From Calditrichales bacterium (lineage in GTDB: Bacteria; Calditrichota; Calditrichia; Calditrichales; J004): 64,000 bases of DNA. The notes under the pieces are model-generated. The model made no database searches, was not told the origin of the DNA, and saw nothing but the letters and a program-made list of their open reading frames with translations. This document shows, one piece after another, positions 30,438 through 40,874 of this stretch (positions are counted from its first letter, which is position 1; each line of letters starts with the position of its first letter). The translations under genes were made by a program, and so were the position numbers. The stretch spans positions 2,464,001 through 2,528,000 of the forward strand of contig OZ254086.1 in assembly GCA_965267575.1 (NCBI GenBank). The letters are read 5' to 3'.

Positions 30438-33400
30438 TCAAACTGCCTCAGCGCCTGCACCTGCGGCAATGCCCTTATCCGCCATCTTAAACCACTTGAC
30501 GCGTATTTTGCGCGTGGCGTTTTCCACAACGATGTAAATAACAGGCACAACAATCAATGTCAGCACGGTGGCGATGGTCAGTCCGCCCATGACGGCACGG
30601 GCCATCGGTGCCCAGCTTTCGCCGCTTTCACCGACGCCCAGCGCCAGCGGCAGCATGGCCATAATTGTCGTCATCGCGGTCATCAGCACGGGGCGCAGGC
30701 GGATACGTCCGGCCTCGCGGATGGCTTCAAACAGGTCACGTCCGCGGTTGCGCAATTGGTTTACATAGTCCACCAAAACAATCCCGTTATTGACCACAAT
30801 GCCCACCAGCATCACCATCCCGATCAGCGCCATCACGCTTAAGGCTGTTCCCGTGATCACCAGCGCTAAGGCCACTCCTATAAAAGACATGGGGATGGTA
30901 AATATGATGATGAACGGCGACAGGAATGACTCAAACTGCGCCGCCATCACCATGTAGGTGAGCACAATGGCCACCAGGAAGGCCAGTCCCAAATACATAA
31001 ACGACTTCTGTTGCTCTTCGGCGGTACCGCCAATTTCCATGCGAAAATCGGTGGGTACGGCAACCCCGGCAATGGCTGTTTTCACGTCGTTGGTCACGCT
31101 TTGCAAATCGCGCCCGGCAATGCTGATGTTGACGGCAACCATGCGCTCCTGGTCCTCGCGTTTAATTTCCTTGGGCGCTGTGGTGTATTCAACGGTGGCA
31201 ACGGAGCGCAGGGGTATCTGCCTTTGCATAGGCGTCATCAGCAGGATGTTTTCAATGTCGCTCTTGCTGGTGCGGGCTTCTTTTTCCAGTTGCACGCGGA
31301 TGTCAAATTCATCGCCGCCTTCGCGGTAGCGCGTGGCAACGGTGCCCAGGATGCTGCTGCTTACCGCCTGTCCGATCTGCGCGGTACTTAATCCCAGATC
31401 GGAGATGCGTTGGCGGTCCAGGTGCACCTGCAGCTCCGGCGATGATTCCTTGATGCTGCTTTCGGCGTGTACGACACCTTCAATCTTGCTCACCTTGTCG
31501 ATGACCTGTCCGGCGAGAGCCTGGCTCATATTCATATCATGGCCGAATATTTCCACGGCGATGTCCGAGCCGGTGCCAAACATGGCGTTGTTACCGCGGT
31601 CCTCAAAACGCGCGTCCACATCGGGCAGATTTTTGAATTTCTCACGAAGAGCATCCTGGATTTCATGCATGCCGCGTTCACGGTCGGAGAGATTTCGCAG
31701 GCGCATGGTGATGTCACCTTCACTTGAACCGCGGCTGGAGAACAGCGCAAATATGCCCTCGCCCTGTCCGAATGTTGAGTAAACGATCTCCGCCTCAGTC
31801 ACTTCTTCCAGGATGATTTCATTCAGCTGATGCATGCTCTTTTCCATGGCCGGCATGCTTGTACCCGGCGTGCGGTCCACGGCGATGGAGATAAAGCCCA
31901 TGTCGTTTTCGGGGAAGAACTCGCCACCCATGTTGGCTACCAGCACAACCGAAAGCACAAACATACCAAGCGTGGAAAAGATGACCGTCTTACGGCGTTG
32001 AATGGCCCAGTCCAGCGCCACCGAATAACCGGCATGAAGATTGTCCAGTCCTGCCGTCACGGTTTCAGAGGTACGCCGGATCAGGCGGCTTTCCAGTGTC
32101 TTTTGGCGCATGGCCAGGAAGCGTGACGCCAACAAAGGGATAAATGTCAGGGCCACCAATAGTGACACACTCAGCGAGAAGACAATCGTAACCACCATAT
32201 CGCTGAACAATTCGCCGGCGATACCGGGCACAAAAAGAACCGGAATAAAGACCGAAAGCGTGGTCAGCGTGGAGGCGGTTATGGCCATGGCCACTTCACC
32301 CGCGCCACCCGATGCCGCATCCCGCGGGGAAGCGCCTTCTTCACGGTGCCGGAAAATGCTTTCCAAAACCACGATCGAGTTGTCAACAAGCAGGCCGACA
32401 GCCAGGGCCAGCCCGGCCATGGAGATGATGTTGAGTGTCAGGTCGGCCTGGTACATAACGGCGAAGGTTACAATCAGCGAAATGGGAATCGACACCGCGA
32501 CGATAAGGGAGCTGCGCAGGTTACGCAAGAACAAGAGCAATACCAGTATGGTCAGCGCGATAGCCTGAAACGCCGTATTGCCCAGGTTGGCCATCGAGCG
32601 GTTGATAAAAGTCGACATATCAATAATGGTATCGATGTGAACGCCCTGGGGCAGGGCCTCCTGGATTTCGGCGAGGCGGCTAGTTACTTCGCGGCACACC
32701 GTTACCGTGTTGGCATCGGATTGCTTTTGCACCATCAGCATCACCGCCGGCTCGTTGTTGTTCCACACCTGGCTGCGCTGCTCGGCAAAGCCGTCTTCCA
32801 CCCGCGCCACGTCTTTTACCTTGACCAGTTCAGTGCCCGTTGCCTTCACGCTAGTGTTCTCAATTTGGCTGATATTGTTAAATTCACCGATGGTTTGCAG
32901 GGTGAATTCCTGTTGGTTGTTATCGATCCAGCCTGACGGGAATTGCAGATTGTTGCTCTGCAGCGCGGCAATCAGATTGTTAATGGAGATGTTGTGGGCG
33001 CGCATTTTGAGCGGATCGGCCAGCACCCTGATCTCGCGCTTCATACCGCCGGCGGTGAATGCCGAAGCCACGCCGGGAATGCGTTCCATGCGCGGCTCCA
33101 CGTCTTTCTCGGAAATATTGCGCAGTTCCGCCTGGCCGTGCAGATCCGATGTGACAGCCAGGTAGAGTATAGGCTGCGATGAGGGGTCAAAGGCAAATAC
33201 CAACGGCTGGCTGATATCGTTGGGCAGGGCGTCGCGTATCAGTTCCATGTTATTGCGCACGTCGATCTCCGCCTGCTTCATGTCCGTGCCCCATTCAAAT
33301 TCCAGCATCACCAGCGACATCCCTATCGTCGATGTGGAGCTTACTTTTTTAATATTTTCCACCGATGAAACCGTTTCCTCGATGGGCCGTGTGATGACGT

Positions 33401-33581
33401 TTTCAATATCATTCGGCCCCACGCCGGTGTACTGTGTAATTACCGCCAGCACCGGAAATTCCAGCTTGGGATAGAGGTCCACGTTTAGCTGCGACAGTGA
33501 AAAGAAGCCGAAGCCGACGGCAATCAGGTAGAGCATGGCCGTGGTGACGCCGCGCCGAATGGCTGTGTTGGTGATTTTCAT
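30438..33581 (-). CDS. RND efflux permease (AcrB/AcrD/AcrF family)
   Basis: 1047 aa; GLLVDNSIVVLE, GIVVNNGIVLVD and RLRPVLMT motifs. Confidence 0.95.
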   Translation of the reverse strand: MKITNTAIRRGVTTAMLYLIAVGFGFFSLSQLNVDLYPKLEFPVLAVITQYTGVGPNDIENVITRPIEETVSSVENIKKVSSTSTIGMSLVMLEFEWGTDMKQAEIDVRNNMELIRDALPNDISQPLVFAFDPSSQPILYLAVTSDLHGQAELRNISEKDVEPRMERIPGVASAFTAGGMKREIRVLADPLKMRAHNISINNLIAALQSNNLQFPSGWIDNNQQEFTLQTIGEFNNISQIENTSVKATGTELVKVKDVARVEDGFAEQRSQVWNNNEPAVMLMVQKQSDANTVTVCREVTSRLAEIQEALPQGVHIDTIIDMSTFINRSMANLGNTAFQAIALTILVLLLFLRNLRSSLIVAVSIPISLIVTFAVMYQADLTLNIISMAGLALAVGLLVDNSIVVLESIFRHREEGASPRDAASGGAGEVAMAITASTLTTLSVFIPVLFVPGIAGELFSDMVVTIVFSLSVSLLVALTFIPLLASRFLAMRQKTLESRLIRRTSETVTAGLDNLHAGYSVALDWAIQRRKTVIFSTLGMFVLSVVLVANMGGEFFPENDMGFISIAVDRTPGTSMPAMEKSMHQLNEIILEEVTEAEIVYSTFGQGEGIFALFSSRGSSEGDITMRLRNLSDRERGMHEIQDALREKFKNLPDVDARFEDRGNNAMFGTGSDIAVEIFGHDMNMSQALAGQVIDKVSKIEGVVHAESSIKESSPELQVHLDRQRISDLGLSTAQIGQAVSSSILGTVATRYREGGDEFDIRVQLEKEARTSKSDIENILLMTPMQRQIPLRSVATVEYTTAPKEIKREDQERMVAVNISIAGRDLQSVTNDVKTAIAGVAVPTDFRMEIGGTAEEQQKSFMYLGLAFLVAIVLTYMVMAAQFESFLSPFIIIFTIPMSFIGVALALVITGTALSVMALIGMVMLVGIVVNNGIVLVDYVNQLRNRGRDLFEAIREAGRIRLRPVLMTAMTTIMAMLPLALGVGESGESWAPMARAVMGGLTIATVLTLIVVPVIYIVVENATRKIRVKWFKMADKGIAAGAGAEAV

Positions 33582-34705
33582 TGCCGGCCTCCTTCCGCGG
33601 CGATAACGGCCACCAACGTGCTGTCACGCAGGTTATTCTGCCCGGCCACAACAATGCGATCGCCGGCCTTGATGCCGCCGTTTACTGCCATGGAAATGTG
33701 GTTTACATAGCTGACATCCAGCTTGGCACGCCGCGAATAATTACTGTCCACTTTAAACACATAGTAGTTGCGGACAACCTTTTCCTTACCGTTTACGCGC
33801 TCCATGGTCGTGCTTTCCAGCGTGGCGTGGCGCGGCACCACCAGCACATCATGCAAGATAGACGTGGTCACTTCGACGTTGGCGAACATGCCTGGCTTAA
33901 GCATGCCGGCTCGGTTGGGCACCAACACTTCCACCTCTGCCATCCGTGTCAGCGGGTCGAGTATCGGGCTGATCTTTACCACTTTTCCGGCGAAGACCGT
34001 ATCGGGGTAAGCTTTTACTTTTACGTCAGCGCGCTGGCCAATAGCCAGTTTGCCCAGATCTTCTTCTGTGGCGTTAAACTCTATACGAACGCGTTCCATC
34101 TGCACAATGCGCAGCAACGGCGCTGATGGCGTGGCCATGTCGCCGTTTTCAAAATAGCGTTTACCGATAATACCGCTGATCGGCGCGGTTATCAGGGCAT
34201 CCTTAAACAGGCTGCCCGCGCTTTTAAAGGCGGCTTCGGCCTGTTCGGTTTGCGCTGCCGACGCCTCATACTGCGTTTTTACCGCATCGTATTGTTGTTT
34301 GCTCAGCGCGTCTTCTCCGTAGAGGCGTTCGGCCCGTTCAAATTCCAGCTTCAGGTTGCTCTGCTGCACGCGGGCGGCAAGCAGCGCCGCCTCGGCTTGT
34401 TTAACACCCTGCTCGATGGTCCCCGCCAGGATGCGCGCCAGCGGCTGGCCCTTTTGAACGTAATCGCCCTCATCCACATAAAAAGTCTCTATGCGGTCAG
34501 CGATCTTGGAAAAGACGTTCACTTCAAATTCAGCGCAAATATCACCGGTGTAGGAAAGCGACTGCACGATGTCGCCGCGTTTGACGGTCATGATTTCCAC
34601 CGGGACGCTCTCTTCGGCGGCGTTCGTTCCGCCATCAGACGCCTGGCAACTCCAGAGAGCGGCGATAGCGGCCAGGGCCAGTATAGTTTTGATCCACGTT
34701 TTCAT
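33578..34705 (-). CDS. RND periplasmic adaptor (MFP) lipoprotein
   Basis: MKTWIK...LWSC lipobox; VDEGDYV.KGQ.L, I.APISG and LKPGMF motifs. Confidence 0.92.
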   Translation of the reverse strand: MKTWIKTILALAAIAALWSCQASDGGTNAAEESVPVEIMTVKRGDIVQSLSYTGDICAEFEVNVFSKIADRIETFYVDEGDYVQKGQPLARILAGTIEQGVKQAEAALLAARVQQSNLKLEFERAERLYGEDALSKQQYDAVKTQYEASAAQTEQAEAAFKSAGSLFKDALITAPISGIIGKRYFENGDMATPSAPLLRIVQMERVRIEFNATEEDLGKLAIGQRADVKVKAYPDTVFAGKVVKISPILDPLTRMAEVEVLVPNRAGMLKPGMFANVEVTTSILHDVLVVPRHATLESTTMERVNGKEKVVRNYYVFKVDSNYSRRAKLDVSYVNHISMAVNGGIKAGDRIVVAGQNNLRDSTLVAVIAAEGGRQ

Positions 34706-34741
34706 TGTAATTCTCCACATTAAAGTGATTTTGTTTTCAGA

Positions 34742-36118
34742 TTAAAGAATGCCCTGCAGCGAGCCCGTGGCCTTGTGCAGCTGGTAACGGGCCACTTGGT
34801 ATTCATACAGCGAACGGGCGTAATTCATCCTCGCCTGGGTCAGGGCAAGCCGCGAATTCAATACATCCAGCTGCGTATTGCTGCCCTCTTCGTAGAGTAA
34901 TCCTGCCAGGCGCAAGGCCTCGGCAGCCAGTTTGACTGTTTCATTGGCCGAGCGGAATTTCTGCTGCGCCTCGCGGAATTTATTGTGCGCAAGCTCCACT
35001 TCAGCCGCGATGCCGTCGCGGATCTGCTTGTCATTTTGCTGCACGATCTTCAGGTCGATTTGCGCCTTCTGGTACTCCTGGCTGGAACGGAAGCCGCTGA
35101 ACAGCGGGATTTGCAAGCTGATGCCCGACGTAAAGCCCTGGTTGAAATCATCCGACGTGAAGTTGAAATCGTTACGGCTGGCCAGGTATGAAAAATCGGT
35201 GGCAAAGAAAAGCTTTGGTAAAAAGGCACTGCGGGCAATGGTGATGCCGCGCCGGCCAATCTCCATCTGCTGCTCGGCGATCTGTCGTTCCGGACGCTGC
35301 TCCACGGCCATCAGTTGCAGCTCCGCAAGCGACAAAGAATCAAATTCTTCGGTTGCAAAAGTAAGCTCGCCGTTTACGCTGATGGCCACATCATTACTTA
35401 ACCCAATGATCACGCGCAGGCGAGTAAGCGCGTTTTGCCTGTTGTTGCGCGCGGAAATCAGCTCCGGCTGCAGGTTGGCCACCTCCACTTCCGCCCGCAT
35501 TTTATCAAAACCGGAGGCCGAGCCGGCTTTGTATTTTTTCAGCACAATATCCAGGTTGGCTTCGGCCTGTTTCAGCGCCTCTTCCTGCACGTTGATCAGT
35601 TCTTCCGCCAGCAGGCAGGCATAAAAGGCGTCCGTGGTCTGTAGCAGCAGGTTTTGCCTTTTGGATTCCATCGCGGCCATACTCGCTTTTTCGGCAGCAT
35701 AGGCGGCTTTTATCCCGGCGATACCGGCGCCACCGAGGTACAGCGGCTGGCTCAGCGAAGCGCCGTAGGTGAGGCTGTTTTCGAGGCCAAAGGCGATGTT
35801 TACAAAGTCCGGCATTCCGGGAGGCGCGGAAGGCCCCAGCATGGTTTTGATAAAGTTGGGTATGGTCGACTCCTGGATGGTCCAGGCATGCTGCAGGTTG
35901 GCGGAGGCGTTAAGCTGCGGCAGGATCTGCGAATAGGCTATGCGGATATCCGCGCCGGATTTTTGTACCTCTTTTTGGGCAATCTGGAAATCTGGATTAT
36001 GTTCCAGCGCCATAGCGATGCTCGATTCCAGCGTCAAAGCCAGGGGTTGGTTTTCGCCCGCCTGCAATCCGCCAGATGCCAGCAGAAGGGCGCATATCAT
36101 AAAGGTGTACGGTTTCAT
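34742..36118 (-). CDS. TolC-family outer-membrane efflux protein
   Basis: Two OEP repeats; AL..NP, LP.L.A and Y..G.....DVL motifs. Confidence 0.92.
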   Translation of the reverse strand: MKPYTFMICALLLASGGLQAGENQPLALTLESSIAMALEHNPDFQIAQKEVQKSGADIRIAYSQILPQLNASANLQHAWTIQESTIPNFIKTMLGPSAPPGMPDFVNIAFGLENSLTYGASLSQPLYLGGAGIAGIKAAYAAEKASMAAMESKRQNLLLQTTDAFYACLLAEELINVQEEALKQAEANLDIVLKKYKAGSASGFDKMRAEVEVANLQPELISARNNRQNALTRLRVIIGLSNDVAISVNGELTFATEEFDSLSLAELQLMAVEQRPERQIAEQQMEIGRRGITIARSAFLPKLFFATDFSYLASRNDFNFTSDDFNQGFTSGISLQIPLFSGFRSSQEYQKAQIDLKIVQQNDKQIRDGIAAEVELAHNKFREAQQKFRSANETVKLAAEALRLAGLLYEEGSNTQLDVLNSRLALTQARMNYARSLYEYQVARYQLHKATGSLQGIL

Positions 36119-36129
36119 TTTTCGCTCCG

Positions 36130-36735
36130 TTATTCGTTGATGCCCAGAAAGAGCGTGTTTACGATCTCTTCAGCCAGGCTGTCACTTAATATTTTATCTT
36201 CGCTGTTTAGCTGCTTCCAGGTGAAGTGTGTAATGGCCGCGACAAAAAGCTCGGCGGCCATTTCCGGTTTGGCCCGCGGCCCAAATTCACCGCTCGCGAT
36301 GCCTTCCTTAAGCAGATCGATCAGGAGCTTGCGCCGTTTCATGGCCTCGTCCACGTACTTTTCCAGAAAGGGCAGTTTTTCCGGCTGCGTAAACAGCACA
36401 AGGAAAAATTTTGCCAGCTCCGGGTAATCGGTCACCTGCCGGAAACGCAATCGCGCCAGGGTGATCATTTTTTCCTTGTAGCTCATTTCCTCCCGGATTA
36501 TGTCTTCGAAAAGTTGTGTGTTAAAGCGCAGCACGGTCTCAACCAGTGTTTTGTAAATGCCTTCCTTGTTGCCAAAGTGGTAATAAATGGTGGGCTTGGA
36601 CAGGCCTGTTCTTTGCGACAGTTCACGCATGGAAACGCCGTTGTATCCTTTTTGTGAAAAAAGTGTAACGGCCTCACGGAAGATGCGTGCTTTGCTGCTG
36701 TCCTTTTCAAATGGTTCATAAACAGATTTGGTCAT
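36130..36735 (-). CDS. TetR/AcrR-family regulator
   Basis: LFSQKGYNGVSMRELS...GLSKPTIYYHFGNKE HTH; likely start MTKSVYEP. Confidence 0.92.
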   Translation of the reverse strand: MTKSVYEPFEKDSSKARIFREAVTLFSQKGYNGVSMRELSQRTGLSKPTIYYHFGNKEGIYKTLVETVLRFNTQLFEDIIREEMSYKEKMITLARLRFRQVTDYPELAKFFLVLFTQPEKLPFLEKYVDEAMKRRKLLIDLLKEGIASGEFGPRAKPEMAAELFVAAITHFTWKQLNSEDKILSDSLAEEIVNTLFLGINE

Positions 36736-36756
36736 ATATTTCTCCGTACATTTACC

Positions 36757-36768
36757 TACCGTTCGGTA
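36757..36768. promoter_or_regulatory. Candidate TetR operator TACCG-TT-CGGTA
   Basis: Perfect inverted repeat about 20 nt upstream of the tetR start. Confidence 0.55.
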
Positions 36769-37018
36769 TATGCGCAAAGTTAACGAAAAGGCATCCACTT
36801 TGTTACATATTTCTCAAACTTTTTTTAGCCTTGTTTTTGTCAACAGCCTAAAGCTACAATGCACACGCCACTAAAAAACTTTTTGATGATGAACGTGTGT
36901 TATAAATAGCCCAACGCCGGCGATGGCAGGATAAGCGGGGTCGTAATATTTGTATTATTTTTTCGATGCTATGATTATATTTGTGGCAGGTGTTTTTGAA
37001 GCAACAGGAGAGCGAAAT

Positions 37019-37483
37019 ATGGAAGCCAAACGGAAAAGACTCGGCGAGCTGGTTTTGCGCAGCGCCAACCCGCAGGCGCTGGTTGAATTTTACCGCAATG
37101 TAATTGGGCTTGAGCCTTACGCTAGATTAGGCAGCGCCACCTTCCTCAAAGTGGATGATGATTTTGAGGGGCATCCGCAGTTGCTGGCCATATTTAATCA
37201 ATCGCATAGCTATAGCGGACCCAGGGATATGAGCCCGGATATGGCCGATTCGCGCCGTGGCACGCTGCAGCATTTTGCTTTTGTACTGGAGCATCAGCAT
37301 TTCCTGAGTGAAAAAGAGCGTCTGCAGAAGAATAGTGTGGAATTCCAGCTGGCGGAGCATCCGCAGTTCGGTTGGCGTTCGCTCTACCTGCACGACCCCG
37401 ACGGTAACTCAGTGGAGCTGGTTTGCTATGATGCTTCGGTTTTGGATAGCGCTGCCAACAAAAGAGCGCGACAATCTCACTAA
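37019..37483 (+). CDS. VOC/glyoxalase-family protein
   Basis: AGGAG RBS; FY..VIGL, HFAF and SLYLHDPDGNSVEL motifs. Confidence 0.88.
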   Translation: MEAKRKRLGELVLRSANPQALVEFYRNVIGLEPYARLGSATFLKVDDDFEGHPQLLAIFNQSHSYSGPRDMSPDMADSRRGTLQHFAFVLEHQHFLSEKERLQKNSVEFQLAEHPQFGWRSLYLHDPDGNSVELVCYDASVLDSAANKRARQSH

Positions 37484-37508
37484 CGGCATAGCCGCAGAAA
37501 CAGTGTTA

Positions 37509-38357
37509 ATGAAAAATCTTACAGGCTTATTCGGACTCCTGCGATTTGAATTGCCGCTTTCGGCGGGTATATGTGTGGTAATGGGACAGATGCTGGCCCT
37601 GGGTGAGTTTGCTTCTCTGCCAACAACGTTGTTTGGTTTTTGCGCGGTCTTTTTTATCTCTGCCTCCATCCTCGTTCTTAATGATGTTATGGACGTGGAA
37701 ACCGACCGCGTCAACGCCCCGCAAAGGCCGATTCCCGCGGGCCTGGTGTCTCTGCCACAAGCGCTGATTTTTTCCGTTGTTCTTTTAATTGCCGGTTTGG
37801 GCTTCAGCCTGGCCAGCGGTTTTCCCGTTTTTGTAATTGCCGTTGTTCTCGCCCTGGTGGGATTTCTTTACAACCGTTATTTCAAAAAAAGCGGATTGCC
37901 CGGAAATCTTATGGTCAGTTTTTCCGTGGGAATGACCTTTGTATTTGGCGGGGCCACGGTCGGGATGCCGTTCAATAAAATGGTGCTCTTTTTCGCGCTG
38001 ATTGCGGCATTGGTTGACCTGGCTGAAGAGATCGCCGCCGATGCCATGGACATGAAAGGAGACATGCTGATCCAGTCCAACTCACTGGCTATCAGGCGCG
38101 GTGCGCCGGCCGCGATACGGGTTAGTGTAGGCCTATTCTTCCTGGTGGTGCTGTTATCGCTTATTCCTTTTATGCTGGGCTGGTTTGGGCTTATTTACCT
38201 CATTCCCATCGGGATAATGGATATCGCGATTGCCTGGCCGGCTTTGCGCCTTTTACGCGCCAAAGACGAAGAGGGCCGCGTACTTATCCGGTATATTTAT
38301 CTCGGCGCGACCTTTGGCCTCGTAGTGTTCCTTATTATGCGGATGAGTGGCGTGTAA
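37509..38357 (+). CDS. UbiA-family prenyltransferase, DGGGP-synthase-like
   Basis: NDVMDVETD.VN.P.RPIPAG, LYN...K, GNL.VS and EEI..D..D..GD motifs; start MKNLTG. Confidence 0.8.
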   Translation: MKNLTGLFGLLRFELPLSAGICVVMGQMLALGEFASLPTTLFGFCAVFFISASILVLNDVMDVETDRVNAPQRPIPAGLVSLPQALIFSVVLLIAGLGFSLASGFPVFVIAVVLALVGFLYNRYFKKSGLPGNLMVSFSVGMTFVFGGATVGMPFNKMVLFFALIAALVDLAEEIAADAMDMKGDMLIQSNSLAIRRGAPAAIRVSVGLFFLVVLLSLIPFMLGWFGLIYLIPIGIMDIAIAWPALRLLRAKDEEGRVLIRYIYLGATFGLVVFLIMRMSGV

Positions 38358-38365
38358 ATCGCCCA

Positions 38366-39457
38366 TTAAGGTTTCCTGGTAAACTCAATTTTCCAGTTCT
38401 GCGTTGTTGTTTCTCCGCGGTCCGATGTGTTCAGCGAGTGCCATTTATAGCTGTCCTGCTGCATATCGTGGAAAATCCAGTAAGAGTAGGGTTGTGCCGC
38501 GTCAGCCTGGAACGCGGTTAGGATAATTCGGTTCTCATCTTTTACCCCGCCAAAATGCAGCACGGTATTAAAGCGGTTGGTAACAAACAGATTTTCCCAG
38601 CGGCGCATGGCGCGGTTGTACATGCGGATGATCGTCGTGGCAGCCTCGGGCAGGTTGGGGTCTGTATTAAACCAATTGTATTCCATAACGGCCCTGCCAT
38701 CCAGCGTAAAAACAGCCGTGGCATTAGCCCTCCATTGTACGCGACGGCCGGCCTGCGGCAAATACATGTCATGCATGGCTTTCCATTCTCCCACCAGGAA
38801 ATCAAATTGATCGGCTTCCGCTGCCCTGTCTTTTGCCGCCACGCCGTAACCTGCGCCGGAATCCGGTAGAACAATAGTCTGATCGCCACGCAGGTACTCT
38901 TTTGTGAGTACGGTACTCCAGGTGTCACCATCGGTGGAGCTTTGCAGAGTATAACGTTTGTTATTTTCTGATACGGATGTCCACGTAGCGCGGTAGTGCT
39001 GTAGTTGTATGCTGCCGCGAGGGCGTTCGCTGTTGTACAGGACTAGTTTTCCTGCCATCATGTTGCCGCTAAATACGCTGCAGTTTTCCTTGTAGCCATC
39101 GGCAATGCCCATAGACCAAACCGGGACATTGCGTCCTTTAACAAGCATGGTAATAACTTCGTAGTGTTTTCCGCTGCCCTGATAGTTTCCGCTAAAATAA
39201 CGTTCAATGTAGCCGTGCCCACGGTTGAATAATGAGATATGGGCCTGCCCTTTAAATACCTTCTGCGTCGTATCGTTTACGGCTACAGTTGTCGTCACAT
39301 CCCAGTCGCCCAGCCATGTTTGCAGGGCTTCCGTGCCCGCTGGTGCGTCGGAGCTGGGCCGGGTCATTTTTAAACCCTGGTCAAAGATGCGACCGTTTTT
39401 GCCGGTTTGAGCAAAGATAAACGTAGTGATAAATAAACTAAGAATGATAAAACGCAT
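38366..39457 (-). CDS. Secreted protein with two DUF1579-like beta-barrel repeats
   Basis: Signal peptide; 'WLGDWDV' and 'QFDFLVGEW' repeats ending in S.DG.TW-like motifs. Confidence 0.65.
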   Translation of the reverse strand: MRFIILSLFITTFIFAQTGKNGRIFDQGLKMTRPSSDAPAGTEALQTWLGDWDVTTTVAVNDTTQKVFKGQAHISLFNRGHGYIERYFSGNYQGSGKHYEVITMLVKGRNVPVWSMGIADGYKENCSVFSGNMMAGKLVLYNSERPRGSIQLQHYRATWTSVSENNKRYTLQSSTDGDTWSTVLTKEYLRGDQTIVLPDSGAGYGVAAKDRAAEADQFDFLVGEWKAMHDMYLPQAGRRVQWRANATAVFTLDGRAVMEYNWFNTDPNLPEAATTIIRMYNRAMRRWENLFVTNRFNTVLHFGGVKDENRIILTAFQADAAQPYSYWIFHDMQQDSYKWHSLNTSDRGETTTQNWKIEFTRKP

Positions 39458-39579
39458 GTTTGCCTCCGTCTGACATTATGGTGGGTTTTAGCGGGCACGG
39501 GCGCAGTATACGGAAATGCCTTTAGAATGTTATCACAGAAGTGTAACAGAGCAGACTTTAAGAGGAGGCACTTGAAAGG

Positions 39580-40737
39580 CTATTTATCCGCCCGGCTTTT
39601 TTTGTTAAGCATTTCCACAATGGAGGGCAGCTCTTCCGGCTCCACCATGCGGTTACGCTGACCAATCATCTTGATCACCGCCAGCACCTCGTTTACCAGC
39701 TCATCGGGCAGATCATTAAGCCCCTGGGAGCGCAGGGCGTAGCGCACGGAGGTTATGCCCGACATATGATCCAGGGCGAAATGCCTCTCCCTGCCCAGGA
39801 TGTCCGGATCGATGCTTTCATAGTGCATGGGGTTTAGCGCGGCGGCGTGTGTGTGGATGCCGGCGCAATGGGTGAAAGCGTTTTTGCCCATCAGCGGGAA
39901 GTGCGGAGGAATAGGCAGATTGGCGCGTTTTGAAACCAGATCATACAGCTCGGTCAGTTTCTCCAGTTTCCAGCGTTTCTCGCCAAAATCGACGCTTAGC
40001 ACGACCAGCAACTGAGCCAGGTCTACAATGCCGGCGCGCTCGCCCAGCCCCAATACCGCCGTATCAATGATCTGCGCTCCGGCCCTGAAGCCATCCAGGG
40101 CATTGGCCAGTGCCAGCCCGCGGTCGTTATGACAATGCACGGCAATCATCGGGTCCAGCTTTTCCTCCGCCAATGCCTGCTTCAGATTTTTGACAAAGTC
40201 ATACATATTCTTTTGTGTACCGGGCACCATGTAGCCCGTCGTATCGGCCACGCTGATGATGTCAGCCCCGGCTTTTACGGCGGCAGCGGAAGCAATCCGT
40301 ACATTTTCAAAATTTGAACGGACGGTATCTTCCGGGGTATAGCGAATGATCAGGTTCGGTTTTTGCGCCTTGGCGTAGCTGATCACATCGCTGATAAGGT
40401 CTACGGCGTAGTCGATGTCTTTTTGAAAAACATCTTTAAGTCTTTCCTGGGAAACGCAGAAGAAAATGCCGAGGAAGGAGACATCACACTCCAACGCCTT
40501 GTCCACATCTTTGCGCAGTGAGCGGGCATGGGCGCCGATGGCCGCGCGGTGTGGCGTATGGGCGATCATTTTTATGGTTTGGGCGATTTCCGGGAGCACC
40601 ATTGGGTGGCCGGCTTCAATAAAATCCACACCTATCTCATCCAGCATCGTTGCAATGGTCAGTTTAACGTGCTGATCAAAATGGACACCCGGCGTCTGTT
40701 CGCCTTCGCGCAGGGTTGCATCAAGAATTTTTACCAC
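39580..40737 (-). CDS. Homocitrate-synthase-like DRE-TIM metallolyase (no LeuA regulatory domain)
   Basis: DATLREGEQ, ADTTG, HCHNDRGLA.AN, GLGERAG and AFTH.AGIH; 385 aa. Confidence 0.8.
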   Translation of the reverse strand: MVKILDATLREGEQTPGVHFDQHVKLTIATMLDEIGVDFIEAGHPMVLPEIAQTIKMIAHTPHRAAIGAHARSLRKDVDKALECDVSFLGIFFCVSQERLKDVFQKDIDYAVDLISDVISYAKAQKPNLIIRYTPEDTVRSNFENVRIASAAAVKAGADIISVADTTGYMVPGTQKNMYDFVKNLKQALAEEKLDPMIAVHCHNDRGLALANALDGFRAGAQIIDTAVLGLGERAGIVDLAQLLVVLSVDFGEKRWKLEKLTELYDLVSKRANLPIPPHFPLMGKNAFTHCAGIHTHAAALNPMHYESIDPDILGRERHFALDHMSGITSVRYALRSQGLNDLPDELVNEVLAVIKMIGQRNRMVEPEELPSIVEMLNKKSRADK

Positions 40738-40874
40738 GATAGCGCCTGTTTTTGTTTAAATCTGTGGCGCCCAATATAAATTTCAACCGAAACAATGCAA
40801 ATTTTGAACTAAAAAGATTTTGCTGTAAATACAGTCCGAATGATCAGGTTTTACTTAAATCAGGGGCCAGGGTG

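Noticed and set aside
37308..37508. N-terminal extension of the UbiA ORF
   Set aside because: It overlaps the VOC gene in another frame; family similarity starts at the ATG at 37509.
37478..37511. attC after the VOC gene (CACTAAC...GTTAATG)
   Set aside because: Only about 34 nt with no L boxes; too short for an attC.
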